Positions 48,611 through 58,583 of a stretch of 64,000 nucleotides of DNA are shown here, in pieces. The stretch's first letter is position 1. Each line of letters starts with the position of its first letter. The stretch is from Spirochaetia bacterium (lineage in GTDB: Bacteria; Spirochaetota; Spirochaetia; SZUA-6; Bin103): the NCBI GenBank assembly GCA_965203515.1, contig OZ241907.1:1536001-1600000 (forward strand), written 5' to 3'. The position numbers and the translations under genes were made by a program. The notes under the pieces are model-generated. The model was not told where the DNA came from. It was given only the letters and a program-made list of their open reading frames with translations, and made no database searches.

Positions 48611-49756
48611 ATGATCGCCTTCGATCATGCAGCTCTCCCTGCCCTCGTGGGCGCCGGCGTTTCGTTGGCCGGCAGCGTGCTGATCGTCGCCACCCGGCGC
48701 TGGCACGGAGGGCTCAGCCTGGACAGCCTGAGCGGGCCGCAGAAGGTTCAGCGACAGGTGGTGCCGCGCATCGGCGGCATTGCCGTGTGCGCCGGGCTGT
48801 GGGCGGGCGCCATCGTGGCTCCGCCGGCGATCCGCGGGAATCTGGCGATCATGGGGCTCTGCGGTCTGCCGGCCTTCGCGGTCGGCCTTGCCGAGGACCT
48901 GACCAAGAGCGTCTCGGTCCGACTGCGCATGCTCGCTACCCTGCTGTCGGGCGCCGCGTTCAGCATCGTGACCGGCTATGCGGTCGAAAGCGTGGAGATC
49001 GGCTTTGCCGACCGTGCGCTGGCGCTGCCATGGATCGCCATCCCGTTCACGGCGTTCGCCATCGCCGGCATCGCCCACTCGGTCAACATCATCGACGGCT
49101 TCAACGGGCTGTCGGCGGGCGGCGTCATCATCATGCTGGCGGCGTTCGGGGTGATCTGCCTGCGCGCCGGCGATGCCGAGCTGGCGGCGCTCACCCTGGT
49201 CATCGGGGCGGCCCTGGCCGGGTTCCTGGCGGTCAACTTTCCCTTCGGTCCGGTCATCATGGGCGACGGCGGCGCCTACCTCGCCGGCTTCCTGCTCGCC
49301 GCCGTGAGCGTGATGCTGCCCGATCGCAATCCCGACGTGTCGCCGTGGATCATCCTGCTGGTGCTGGCGTATCCGGTGCTGGAGACGGTCTATTCGATCG
49401 GGCGCAAGACCGTGCTCAAGGGGCACGGCCCCGGCCGCGCGGACAAGGCGCACCTGCACCACCTGATCTACCGGTACCTGCGGCGCGCGATGGTCGGCAC
49501 CGGCGCGGCGCGGTACGCCAACCCGGCCGTCGGCGCACTGCTCTGGGCGGCGATGGCGGCCGGGCTGGCGTTCGTGAGCGTGGCCCCGCACACCGTCGCG
49601 TGGGCCGGTCCGGCGCTGGGCGTGCAGGCGGCGTCGTATCTGATCTGCTATCGCGCGGCCGTACGGTCGTTGCGGCGGCCCCCATCGCCCGGCCGGATGA
49701 GCGTCGACCTGGCCCCGTCTGCGGAGCGCCGCGGCGGCGCAGGCCGGGTATCCTGA
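48611..49756 (+). CDS. MraY/WecA family (glycosyltransferase family 4) polyprenyl-phosphate sugar-1-phosphate transferase
   Basis: PRIGGIA, GLAED, NIIDGFNGL, MGDGGAY, HLHH. Confidence 0.9.
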   Translation: MIAFDHAALPALVGAGVSLAGSVLIVATRRWHGGLSLDSLSGPQKVQRQVVPRIGGIAVCAGLWAGAIVAPPAIRGNLAIMGLCGLPAFAVGLAEDLTKSVSVRLRMLATLLSGAAFSIVTGYAVESVEIGFADRALALPWIAIPFTAFAIAGIAHSVNIIDGFNGLSAGGVIIMLAAFGVICLRAGDAELAALTLVIGAALAGFLAVNFPFGPVIMGDGGAYLAGFLLAAVSVMLPDRNPDVSPWIILLVLAYPVLETVYSIGRKTVLKGHGPGRADKAHLHHLIYRYLRRAMVGTGAARYANPAVGALLWAAMAAGLAFVSVAPHTVAWAGPALGVQAASYLICYRAAVRSLRRPPSPGRMSVDLAPSAERRGGAGRVS

Positions 49757-49787
49757 GCGCACCGCGCACACCACACGCGGCGACTTC

Positions 49788-49859
49788 AGCGAGTGAGGGG
49801 AATCGAACCCCTGTCACGAGCTTGGGAAGCTCGGGTAATGACCATTATACGACACTCGC
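49788..49859 (-). tRNA. tRNA-Gly (anticodon CCC)
   Basis: Reverse complement GCGAGTG...CGAGC-TTCCCAA-GCTCG...GGTTCGATTCC...CACTCGC. Confidence 0.95.
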
Positions 49860-49898
49860 GGGTCACGGACCTGCACAGCGTAGCATGGATGCGGGCGG

Positions 49899-50888
49899 TC
49901 AGTCGATAGCGATGCGGGCTGCCGGCCGGCGATCGACCTGCCGCCCCAGGACGGTCAACACGATCTGCGCGTCCCGGTGCGTGACGAAGGGGACGGCGAT
50001 CGGGCCGCCCTGGTACCGGGTCTCCAGCAGCACGACCGGTTCCGGTCGATCGGGCAGCTCCGCCGTCAGCGTCAGGTCGACCAGGATCGCATACCGCTCC
50101 ACCTCGTGCTCGAACAGACCGAACACCTGATCCTCGCCCGCCGGCTCCGGCCGGGTGATCCCCACCTGCATGACCGTGCCGTGCGGCACCTCGCTGCCGC
50201 CGTCGGGCGACTGGAAGACGACCGTTCCCGGCGCGTCTCCGCCCCCGGCGCGGACCGTGAAGACGAACGCCTGATTGCGCTGCGCCAGTTCGTCGAGCGC
50301 GTCGGCATAGGCCATGCCGACGAACCGAGGAACCTCGATCAGGTCGCCCCGGGGGCCGCGGCTCACCGTAAACCGGATCGTGGTCTCGCCGGAGATGCGC
50401 GTCCCCGGCGGCGGACTCTGCGCCAGGATCGTCCCGGCCGGGCGGGGGTCGGAGATGCGCGGGCCGCTCTCGGCGATCCTGACCGGCGGCTCATCGCCGA
50501 CGGTCAGCGTCTGCAGCTCCAACCGGACCTCGTCGACGTCGCGGCCCAGGTAGTCGTCGACCTGCGCGATGACCCGTCCCCGGCTCACCACCACCGACAC
50601 CGGCCGGCCCGCCTTGACCAGCGAGCCGGCCACCGGGGTCTGGCCCATCACCTGCCAGGCCGGCGCGTCCGACGAGAAGCGCCCCTCGACGCGGGCGACC
50701 AGTCCCCGCTCCTGCAGCCGCTCCATCGCTTCCAGCAGGTTCACGCCCACGATCGCCGGTACCTGCGTCTCCTCCTCGCCGCGCACCGAGATGAAGAACG
50801 CCGTGGCCGCCGCCGCGACCAGCACGGCCGCGATCAGCGCCGCCGGCGCCACGGCCGGGCGGGACGGTCCGGATGCCGCGCCGCTCAC
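49899..50888 (-). CDS. PASTA domain-containing membrane protein
   Basis: One TM helix then three PASTA-like units (VPAIVG, QTP..G, VSRG). GTG start overlaps the fmt stop. Confidence 0.85.
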   Translation of the reverse strand: MSGAASGPSRPAVAPAALIAAVLVAAAATAFFISVRGEEETQVPAIVGVNLLEAMERLQERGLVARVEGRFSSDAPAWQVMGQTPVAGSLVKAGRPVSVVVSRGRVIAQVDDYLGRDVDEVRLELQTLTVGDEPPVRIAESGPRISDPRPAGTILAQSPPPGTRISGETTIRFTVSRGPRGDLIEVPRFVGMAYADALDELAQRNQAFVFTVRAGGGDAPGTVVFQSPDGGSEVPHGTVMQVGITRPEPAGEDQVFGLFEHEVERYAILVDLTLTAELPDRPEPVVLLETRYQGGPIAVPFVTHRDAQIVLTVLGRQVDRRPAARIAID

Positions 50889-51814
50889 GTGAGCCGCACT
50901 CCCGCAAGGCCGCCGTAGCCGTTGGCGAACGACTTCCAGTCGATCGCGCGCCGCCCCTCGAGCTGCAGCTCCGTGACGCCCAGCGTGCCCCGCGCGGCGT
51001 GTATCAGGATCCCGCGGTCGCCGTCCACGCCGGCGATCTGCCCGGGCGGACCGTCCGACCGATCGGAGACCGGACGCGCCGCCCGCAGGTTGAGCCGCCG
51101 GCCGTCCAGGCGGCAGTAGGCGCGCGGCCACGGGTCATAGGCGCGGACCATCCGCTCGACCGCGGTCGCGTCGTGACGGTTCCAGTCGATCCGGCCGTCG
51201 GCCGTGCTCACCTTCGCGCAGCGGGTCGCCTGCTCCTCGACCTGCGCGGTCTCTTCGACTTCGCCGCGGGTCATGCCGGCCAGCACCTCCACCAGCAGCT
51301 CGGCGCCCGCCGCCGCCAGCGCCTCGCTCAGCCGCCCTGCGGTCTCGGTGCCGTCGAGGGGGTGGACGCGCCGGCCCAGGATCGGCCCCGCATCGACACG
51401 CCGCACCACCCGCTGGATCGTCACGCCGGTCTGCCGGTCGCCGGCGAGGATGGCCGCCGGTATCGGCGCCGCGCCGCGAAAGCGCGGCAGCAGCGACGGA
51501 TGCACGTTCACCGCGCCGAGCGCGAACCGGTCCAGAAAGCGCTGCGTGAAGATCACGCCACAGGCGGCCACCGCCAGCAGATCGGCGCGCAGGCCGGCGA
51601 TCCGCCGCAGCGCGGCGTCATCGAGCCGCTCGGGAGCGATCACGGGCAGCCCGCGGCGGGCCGCCTCCTGCCGTACCGGGGCCGGGATGAGTCGCCGGCC
51701 GCGCCCCGCCGGCCGGTCCGGAGCCGTGAGCACGCCGCAGACCTCGAACCGGTCCGCCAGCGCGGCCAGCGATGGCACGGCGAAGCGGGGCGTACCGGCG
51801 AACAGCACGCGCAC
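50885..51814 (-). CDS. fmt: Methionyl-tRNA formyltransferase
   Basis: FAGTP.FA, NVHPSLLPRFRGAAPI, TGVTI, DAG. Confidence 0.95.
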   Translation of the reverse strand: MRVLFAGTPRFAVPSLAALADRFEVCGVLTAPDRPAGRGRRLIPAPVRQEAARRGLPVIAPERLDDAALRRIAGLRADLLAVAACGVIFTQRFLDRFALGAVNVHPSLLPRFRGAAPIPAAILAGDRQTGVTIQRVVRRVDAGPILGRRVHPLDGTETAGRLSEALAAAGAELLVEVLAGMTRGEVEETAQVEEQATRCAKVSTADGRIDWNRHDATAVERMVRAYDPWPRAYCRLDGRRLNLRAARPVSDRSDGPPGQIAGVDGDRGILIHAARGTLGVTELQLEGRRAIDWKSFANGYGGLAGVRLT

Positions 51815-51823
51815 GGTGGTCGG

Positions 51824-52294
51824 CTAGCCGCGGTATTCGGCGAGCAGCGCGTCGCGCTGCCGCTTGTCGAGGTGGTCGATGAACAGCACGCCGTTCAGGT
51901 GGTCGATCTCATGCTGTATCGCCCGCGCCAGCAGACCGCTGGCATTCAGCCGGAAGGTGCGCCCGTTCAGGCCGGTCGCCTGGACCGACACGCGGGCCGA
52001 TCGGGTCACGTCGGCGTGTACGCCGGGGATGCTCAGACAGCCTTCCTCGGCGGTCTCCTGCTCGATCGAGGTCTCGACGATCTCGGGATTGACGTAGACG
52101 CGCTCGCGGTCGTCCTTGACGTTGGTGACGAAGACGCGCAGCGGGCGGCCGACCTGCACGGCCGCCAGGCCGATGCCATCCTGGTCATACATCGTCTCGA
52201 ACATCCGTCGCACCAGGTCGCGCACCGCGGCGGGATCGGTCAGCTCCGACCGCGCCCGCAGGCGGCGGTCGCCCAGCGTGATCACCGGCAGCAT
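51824..52294 (-). CDS. def: Peptide deformylase
   Basis: GIGLAAVQ, EGCLS, QHEIDHLNG. Confidence 0.96.
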   Translation of the reverse strand: MLPVITLGDRRLRARSELTDPAAVRDLVRRMFETMYDQDGIGLAAVQVGRPLRVFVTNVKDDRERVYVNPEIVETSIEQETAEEGCLSIPGVHADVTRSARVSVQATGLNGRTFRLNASGLLARAIQHEIDHLNGVLFIDHLDKRQRDALLAEYRG

Positions 52295-52303
52295 CCGCCG
52301 ATC

Positions 52304-54274
52304 TTACAGCACGGCCACGGGGTCGGGATCGATCTCCAGGTGCACGCCCGGCTCCAGCCGCAGCCGGTTCAGACGGCGCCGCACCGCGGTCAGGACGGGA
52401 CGGAGCGCCGGCGCGCGCAGCAGCAGGTGGTGGCGATGGTTGTGCGCCACCTTGGCGATCGGACAGGGAGCCGGCCCCAGGAGATCGGCGCCGGCGGCGG
52501 CCATCTCCGGCTCGGCGGCCAGCACCGCGGCCAACCGCTCGACGGCGTCGGTGACCTTGCCTTCGTCCCGCCCCCGCACGACCATCCGCAGCAGGCGCAC
52601 GAACGGCGGAAAGCGCTGCTCGCGGCGCACGGCCAACTCCTCATCCATGAACTCCGCGACCTGTCCGGCGGCGGCGCAGGCGATCGGCGCGGCGTGCGGA
52701 TGCGCGCTCTGGATGAACACCTCGCCATCGGGGGCGGCGCGGCCGGCGCGGCCGGCCACCTGCACCAGCAACGCGAAGGTCCGTTCCGCGGCGCGGAAGT
52801 CGGGCAGGCGCAACGACGTGTCCGCGTCGACGACGCCGACCAGCTTGACCCCCGGCAGGTCCAGACCCTTGGCGACCATCTGCGTCCCGACCAGCACGTC
52901 GATACCGCCGTCGCGCAGCCCGGCCAGCAGCTCCGCGAACGTGCCGCGCCCCCGTACCGAGTCGGCGTCCGCGCGCGCGATGCGCGCGTCCGGCAGCACG
53001 CGCCGCAGCTCGGCCTCTACCCGTTGCGTCCCGAACCCCGCGTACCGGACGTCGAGCGAACGGCACTCGGGACACGCCTGCAGCGGCCGGGTCCGGTACC
53101 CGCAGTAGTGGCAGACGAGCGCCTGCGACGGGCGGTGCAGCGTCAGCGTCACCGAGCACCGCGCGCACGTCATCGCGTAATCGCAGGAACGGCAGTGGAA
53201 GTAGTGGGAAAATCCCCGGCGGTTCAGGAACAGAATGCTCTGCCGGCCCTCGGCGCGCACGCGGCGCAGCGCATCGGTCAGCTCGGGGCCGAGCACGCCG
53301 CGGCGCGGACCGCTCGGCACCAGGCGCACGCGCGGCGGCGCGCCGCCACCTACCCGCCGCGGCAGATCATAGCGCCGGATCACGCCGGACCGCATGCGCA
53401 GGAACGCCTCCGCCGACGGCGTGGCGCTCCCCATGATCAGGCGCGCCCCGGCCACGCGGCAGCGGTGCGCCGCCACCTGCCGGGCGTGATAGCGGGGACT
53501 GGCCGACGACTTGTAGGACCCGTCATGTTCCTCGTCGATGACGATCAGGCCGAGCCCGCGCACCGGGGCGAGCCCGCGCACCGGGGCGAACACCGCGCTG
53601 CGCGCGCCGACGGCGATGCGGGCGCTTCCCTGCTGGAGGCGCCGCCACTCGGCGAGCCGCTGCGATGGCGTCAGCCCGGAGTGAATCACCGCCACCAGCG
53701 CGCCGAACGCCGCCCCGAAGGCGGCGACCACCTGGTGGGTCAGGCCGATCTCGGGCACCAGGTAGATCACCGACCGGCCCTCGGACAGGGTGCTGCGCGC
53801 CGCCTCCAGAAAGACCGCCGTCTTGCCCGAGCCGGTCACCCCGAACAGGTACGAGGTGCCGTCCGGCCGGCGCAGGATGCCGTCGAGCGCGGCGCGTTGC
53901 GCCGGCGTCAGCGCGTGCGAGCCGGCGGTCGCCGGTTGCACCGCGTCCTGCAACGGCGACTCGCGCCGGCCGCCGGGGACGATCGCCGCCAGCGCCTCGC
54001 CGAGCGAGCAGAGGTAGGTCTCCGCGATCCAGCGCGCCAGGGCGAGCAGGTCGCCGTCGACCAGCGGCTCGCCGTCGACGATACGGGACAGCGGCCGAGG
54101 CTCGACGCCCGGCGGCGGCCGATCCGCGGCCGCCACGATGAACCCGGTCAGCGTGCGGCGGCCGAACGGCGCGGTGGCGCGGGCGCCGACCGGCGCGGCG
54201 CCGCCGTCCGGGACCCGATAGGTGAACCGCTTGTCGATCGGGAGATCGAACGCCAGGTCGACGAACCGGGCCAC
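52304..54274 (-). CDS. priA: Primosomal protein N'
   Basis: GVTGSGKT, DEEHD, SATPS, NRRG, four CxxC pairs, GTQMVAKGLD, QVAGRAGR. Confidence 0.95.
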   Translation of the reverse strand: MARFVDLAFDLPIDKRFTYRVPDGGAAPVGARATAPFGRRTLTGFIVAAADRPPPGVEPRPLSRIVDGEPLVDGDLLALARWIAETYLCSLGEALAAIVPGGRRESPLQDAVQPATAGSHALTPAQRAALDGILRRPDGTSYLFGVTGSGKTAVFLEAARSTLSEGRSVIYLVPEIGLTHQVVAAFGAAFGALVAVIHSGLTPSQRLAEWRRLQQGSARIAVGARSAVFAPVRGLAPVRGLGLIVIDEEHDGSYKSSASPRYHARQVAAHRCRVAGARLIMGSATPSAEAFLRMRSGVIRRYDLPRRVGGGAPPRVRLVPSGPRRGVLGPELTDALRRVRAEGRQSILFLNRRGFSHYFHCRSCDYAMTCARCSVTLTLHRPSQALVCHYCGYRTRPLQACPECRSLDVRYAGFGTQRVEAELRRVLPDARIARADADSVRGRGTFAELLAGLRDGGIDVLVGTQMVAKGLDLPGVKLVGVVDADTSLRLPDFRAAERTFALLVQVAGRAGRAAPDGEVFIQSAHPHAAPIACAAAGQVAEFMDEELAVRREQRFPPFVRLLRMVVRGRDEGKVTDAVERLAAVLAAEPEMAAAGADLLGPAPCPIAKVAHNHRHHLLLRAPALRPVLTAVRRRLNRLRLEPGVHLEIDPDPVAVL

Positions 54275-54276
54275 GC

Positions 54277-54993
54277 TCAGGCCTCGTCGAGAAAGGCGCG
54301 CAGCTTTCTCAGATCCTCCCAGACCGGCGCCCGCAACGACGGATCGCGCAGCACGGCGCTGGGATGGTAGGTCACGAACAGCGGGCGGCCGCGGTGCTCG
54401 TATCGGCCGGAGCGGTGCGCGGCCAGCGGGCGGGTCACGCCGAGCAGGTGATCGGCGGCGACCCGGCCCACGGCGAGCAGCGCGCGCGGCCGCAGCAGGT
54501 CGATCTGCCGCGCCAGGTACGGCAGGCAGGCGGCGACCTCGTCCGGGCCGGGATCGCGGTTGCCGGGCGGCCGGCACTTGACGACGTTGGCGATGAAGCA
54601 GTTCTCGCGGCGGTCGAGCCGGATCGCCGCCAGCCAGCGGTCGAGGTAGCGGCCCGCGGGCCCCACGAACGGCCGGCCGCTGCGGTCCTCGGCCGCGCCC
54701 GGCCCCTCACCGATCACCATCACCGCCGGGTCGGGAACTCCCTCGCCGGGGACCGTGTTGGCGCGCCCTGCGCACAACCCGCAGAGCCGGCAACCGGCCA
54801 CCTCGGCCGCGACGCGGCTCAGGCTCTCCCGGCCCGCATCGGCCTCCGGCTGCGGACCAGCGGGCGGCTGCGGAGCAGCGGACGGCCGGCGCAGAGCGGG
54901 GACGGCGTACTCGCGCTCGCCGCGCGTCTGGCCGTCGAAGTAGTCCTCGGTCAGCCGCAGCAGCCGCCAGTACGCCGCGCGCAGGTCGCTCAT
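54277..54993 (-). CDS. Uracil-DNA glycosylase family 4
   Basis: CxxC, GEGPG, PFVG, NVVKCRPP.NR, TYHPS. Confidence 0.93.
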   Translation of the reverse strand: MSDLRAAYWRLLRLTEDYFDGQTRGEREYAVPALRRPSAAPQPPAGPQPEADAGRESLSRVAAEVAGCRLCGLCAGRANTVPGEGVPDPAVMVIGEGPGAAEDRSGRPFVGPAGRYLDRWLAAIRLDRRENCFIANVVKCRPPGNRDPGPDEVAACLPYLARQIDLLRPRALLAVGRVAADHLLGVTRPLAAHRSGRYEHRGRPLFVTYHPSAVLRDPSLRAPVWEDLRKLRAFLDEA

Positions 54994-55856
54994 CGGCCCG
55001 CTGCGCCGCCGGTGCCGGCCGCTCCTGCTGCCGCAGGAGCGCCGCGATCGCCCTGGTACGCAAGCGCGCCGAACGGCGGCGGCTCTCCGGCGTACCAGAC
55101 CCGGTCCAGGAACAGTCCCCAGGCCGGCGCGGTCTGCCCGACCCGCTCCCGGCGCGGCTCCGCCAGCAGCTCGGCCATGCGCGCTCCGGGAGCGGCGGCG
55201 TCGGCCCCGCACTCGGCCTCCAGCGCCAGCATGGCGCCGACCAGGCTGCGCACCATCTTCCACAGAAACGACCGGGCGGCGATGCGGAACACGATCAGCG
55301 GCCCCTCCGCAAAGAACGACGCCTGCTCCACGCGCCGCACCGCCGCCCCGGACGCGCCGGCGGCGGCGAACGCCGTGAAGTCATGCTCGCCCACGATCGC
55401 CGCCGCCATCCGGTTGAGCGCCTGCAGGCGGAGCGCGCGGCGCACCCAGAGCGTGTACCGCCGCAGATGCGGGAGCTGCCGGCCCGGCAACAACTGGTAG
55501 CGGTACACCCGCAGCAGCGCCGAGCGCCGCGCGTCGAACCGGTCGGCGGCGCCGGCCGCGTCGATCACCCGCACGTCGCCCGGCAGGAACGAGTTGAGAG
55601 CGCGCGGCAGCACCGCCGGCGTGAGGCTGTCGATCCCGGTGCGGAAGCTCGCCACCTGCCCCAGCGCGTGCACGCCGGCGTCGGTGCGGCCGGCGGCGGT
55701 GACCCGCACGCGATGGCCGTGCATACGCGCCAGCGCCCCTTCCAGCACGCCCTGCACGGTGCGCTGCGCATCCTGTATCTGCCAACCGGCAAAGTCGGTG
55801 CCGTCGTAGGCGACCGTCACGCGCATGGTGCGTTGCAAAGCCGCAGGACCGATCAA
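54990..55856 (-). CDS. truA: tRNA pseudouridine(38-40) synthase
   Basis: YDGTDFAGWQ, AGRTDAGVHA, GEHDF, FLWKMVR. Confidence 0.95.
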   Translation of the reverse strand: MIGPAALQRTMRVTVAYDGTDFAGWQIQDAQRTVQGVLEGALARMHGHRVRVTAAGRTDAGVHALGQVASFRTGIDSLTPAVLPRALNSFLPGDVRVIDAAGAADRFDARRSALLRVYRYQLLPGRQLPHLRRYTLWVRRALRLQALNRMAAAIVGEHDFTAFAAAGASGAAVRRVEQASFFAEGPLIVFRIAARSFLWKMVRSLVGAMLALEAECGADAAAPGARMAELLAEPRRERVGQTAPAWGLFLDRVWYAGEPPPFGALAYQGDRGAPAAAGAAGTGGAAGR

Positions 55857-56245
55857 ACGCCGGCGCGCGGCGCGTTGCCCTGGATGATCACCACCGCGAT
55901 GGCCGCTTCCTCCTCATGCGACAGCGAGATCAGCACGTCCGTGCCTCCGGCCGCCGCCAGCGCCTTGCGGGCCGTGCCGATCGCCCGCAACACCGGCCGG
56001 CCGGCCGGGCCGTTGGTCACGACGATGTCGCGCAGCGCCATGCCGCGCATGCCGGACCCCAGCGCCTTGCCGAACGCCTCCTTGGCCGCGAACCGGGCCG
56101 CCAGCGACAGCAGCCCGCCGTCTCCCTTGGCGCGGCACTCCGCCAGCTCGTCGGGGTGGTAGAACCGCTCGAACAGGCGGGGCGATTCCTGCCAGCGGCG
56201 CAGCCGCCGCGGGTGGACCACGTCGATTCCCAATCCCAGGATCAC
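55853..56245 (-). CDS. acpS: Holo-ACP synthase
   Basis: ILGLGIDVV, LAARFAAKEA..KA, ISLSHE. 3' part of the ORF-track ORF 55853..56962. Confidence 0.93.
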   Translation of the reverse strand: MILGLGIDVVHPRRLRRWQESPRLFERFYHPDELAECRAKGDGGLLSLAARFAAKEAFGKALGSGMRGMALRDIVVTNGPAGRPVLRAIGTARKALAAAGGTDVLISLSHEEEAAIAVVIIQGNAPRAGV

Positions 56246-57150
56246 CGGATCGTCCCCCTCCTCACCGCCGCCAGCAGCCGGACGGTATCGACGGCGGCAG
56301 CCACATCGTGCACGCGAATGATATCGGCCCCGGCGGCCAGGGCAAGGCACCCGGCGGCGATCGTGGCCGCCTGCCGGCCGTCCACCGGCCGGTCCCCCAG
56401 GACCTTGCCGAGAAACGACTTGTGGGACAGTCCCAGCAGCACGGGGCGGCCCATCCGGCGAAACGCGCCGACCTCGCGGAGGATCGTCAGGTTGTCCTCC
56501 ACCCGCTTGCCGAAGCCGATGCCGGGATCGACGATGATCTGGCGCTCGCGTACGCCGGCCGCCAGCGCCCGATCGATCGCCCGCCGCAGTTCGGCGATGA
56601 CCTCTTCGATCACCGCGTGGTAGTGCGGGGCGCGCTGCATGGTCCTGGGGGTGCCGCGCATGTGCATCAGCACCACGGGGACGCCGCGCTCGGCGGCCAG
56701 CGCCCGCATGGCGGGGTCCGCCAACGCGGAGACGTCGTTGATCAGATCGGCCCCGGCGTCCAGGGCGCGCTCGGCCACCGCCGGCTTCCGGGTGTCGATC
56801 GAGATGGCGACCCCGGAAGCGGCGCGCAGCCGCTCGATGACCGGCACCACGCGGCCGCATTCGTCGCCGGCGTCGACCGGCTCCGATCCCGGCCGCGTCG
56901 ACTCGCCGCCGATGTCGACGATCGCCGCGCCGCGCGCCGCCATCGTCAGCGCCTGCCGGCACGCCTCGCCGGCCGACGCGTACCGGCTGGCGGGGAAGAA
57001 CGAATCCGGCGTGCGGTTGATCACGCCCATGACCGCCTTGCGCCGCAGGTCCAGGATGCGTCCGCCGCCGGTCGCCTCCTCCGTCGAGTCGGCCCCGTGC
57101 CAGAGCAACCGCACGGGTTCGGCCGGCGATTCACGATGGACCGACATCAC
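56242..57150 (-). CDS. folP: Dihydropteroate synthase
   Basis: MGVINRTPDSF, DIGGESTRPG, SIDT, DPGIGFGK, IRVHDV. Confidence 0.95.
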   Translation of the reverse strand: MMSVHRESPAEPVRLLWHGADSTEEATGGGRILDLRRKAVMGVINRTPDSFFPASRYASAGEACRQALTMAARGAAIVDIGGESTRPGSEPVDAGDECGRVVPVIERLRAASGVAISIDTRKPAVAERALDAGADLINDVSALADPAMRALAAERGVPVVLMHMRGTPRTMQRAPHYHAVIEEVIAELRRAIDRALAAGVRERQIIVDPGIGFGKRVEDNLTILREVGAFRRMGRPVLLGLSHKSFLGKVLGDRPVDGRQAATIAAGCLALAAGADIIRVHDVAAAVDTVRLLAAVRRGTIR

Positions 57151-57175
57151 AGCCAGTCGGGACGAGTGGCGAGCG

Positions 57176-57265
57176 CTAGCCCTTCTTGTGGCGATTCTTG
57201 CGCAGCTTCTTCTTTCGTTTGTGCGTAGCGATCTTGTGCCGCTTGCGTTTACGACCGCAAGGCAT
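57176..57265 (-). CDS. Small basic AURKAIP1/COX24 (DUF1713, bS22/mS38-like) peptide, 29 aa; not in ORF track
   Basis: Manual translation MPCGRKRKRHKIATHKRKKKLRKNRHKKG; ATG overlaps the miaA stop. Confidence 0.88.
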   Translation of the reverse strand: MPCGRKRKRHKIATHKRKKKLRKNRHKKG

Positions 57266-58251
57266 CAGCGCTCCTGTTGCAGTGTGTCAGTGGCGAGAGT
57301 ATCGGCATCATGCCGGCCGTTGTCAACCGATCGATGCGCGGTCGAGCCGTCGATCAGCGCCCGCAACGTACGGCGATCATCGGCGGCGATCCACCGCACG
57401 CCCGGCAGCGACCGAAAGAAGGTCATCTGACGCTTGGCGTAGCGGCGCGTGCTCCGCTTGATGGCGTCCCACACCTGCGGAGACGCCGCTCCTGCCGCTG
57501 CCGCCAGCTCCCGGTAGCCGATGCCGCGCAACCCCGGGCAACCCGGCCCATAGCCGCGCGTCAACAGCTCCCGCACCTCTTGAGCCAGTCCGGCAGCGCG
57601 CATCGCCTCCACGCGCGCGTCGATGCGCCGGACCAGCTCCGCACGCGGGCGCTGCAGCCCGATCAGCCGGAACCGGCCGGGGTCGGCGGGGCGGTCCGGC
57701 ACGTGAAACGAAGAGAGCGGCCGGCCGGCGGCGGCCAGCACCTCCAGGGCGCGCATGATCCGGTAGGAGTCGTTCGCGTGGATGCGCCGCGCCGACTCCG
57801 GGTCCGCCGCCTCCAGCTCGCGGCGCAACGCCTCCCTGCCTTCGGCGCGCAGGCGCCGGGTCAGACCGGCGCGGATGGCCGGATCGCCGCGCGGCGACTC
57901 CGGCAGTCCGCAGACCAGCGAGCGGAGGTAGTACGCGCACCCGCCGACGACCAGCGCGCGCCGGCCGCGGGCGGCGATGTCGGCCAGCGCGCGCTCCGCG
58001 CGGCGGACGAAGCGGCCGGCGTCGAACTGTTCGCCGGGATCGGCGATGTCGATCAGATGATGGCGGCAGCGTTCGCGCTCGGCGGGCGTCGGCTTGGCGG
58101 TGCCGATGTCCAGACGGCGGTAGACCTGCAAGGCATCGGCGATGACGACCTCGTCGAGCGGGCCGGCCACCGCGCCGACCGCCGCCGACTTGCCGACCGC
58201 GGTCGGTCCGAAGATCACCGGGATCGCCCGGCGGCGACAGGGCACGCCCAC
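57265..58251 (-). CDS. miaA: tRNA dimethylallyltransferase
   Basis: GPTAVGKS, DALQVYR.LDIGTAK, HHLID, RALEV, IGY.E, TRRYAKRQ.TFF. Confidence 0.95.
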   Translation of the reverse strand: MGVPCRRRAIPVIFGPTAVGKSAAVGAVAGPLDEVVIADALQVYRRLDIGTAKPTPAERERCRHHLIDIADPGEQFDAGRFVRRAERALADIAARGRRALVVGGCAYYLRSLVCGLPESPRGDPAIRAGLTRRLRAEGREALRRELEAADPESARRIHANDSYRIMRALEVLAAAGRPLSSFHVPDRPADPGRFRLIGLQRPRAELVRRIDARVEAMRAAGLAQEVRELLTRGYGPGCPGLRGIGYRELAAAAGAASPQVWDAIKRSTRRYAKRQMTFFRSLPGVRWIAADDRRTLRALIDGSTAHRSVDNGRHDADTLATDTLQQER

Positions 58252-58282
58252 CGGCGGCTGCGCGGCGGCTTCTTCGGGGCTG

Positions 58283-58507
58283 CTACGGCCCCTGTTCCGA
58301 CTCCTGGTCGATCTCCGTGCGCTCTATCTCGTAGCGGACCTTCCGGGTCAGGATCTGCTTGACGGCGGTGGAGACGACCTTGCCGCCGTTGGCCTCCACG
58401 TCCTCATCGGCGGCAAGGCTGAGCTGATTGGCGCGGCGGATGGCGGCCGAGCAGAGCTCGTAACGGTTCGAGTCATCGGCTATCAGGAGATCGAGTGGCA
58501 GAACCAT
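58283..58507 (-). CDS. rpoZ: RNA polymerase omega subunit
   Basis: NRYEL..AAIRRANQL...KVVSTA; conserved position downstream of yicC and a kinase. Confidence 0.8.
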   Translation of the reverse strand: MVLPLDLLIADDSNRYELCSAAIRRANQLSLAADEDVEANGGKVVSTAVKQILTRKVRYEIERTEIDQESEQGP

Positions 58508-58583
58508 AGTCGGTAACGTAGGGCATTCGGCCGCAACGGGCAAACCGGCAGGCCACTGCCGGCAAGGCAGACGGGGACTCCGG

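Noticed and set aside
49788..49859. tRNA-Gly as the attachment site for the accessory genes to its left
   Set aside because: No att-like repeat or integrase seen within the window.
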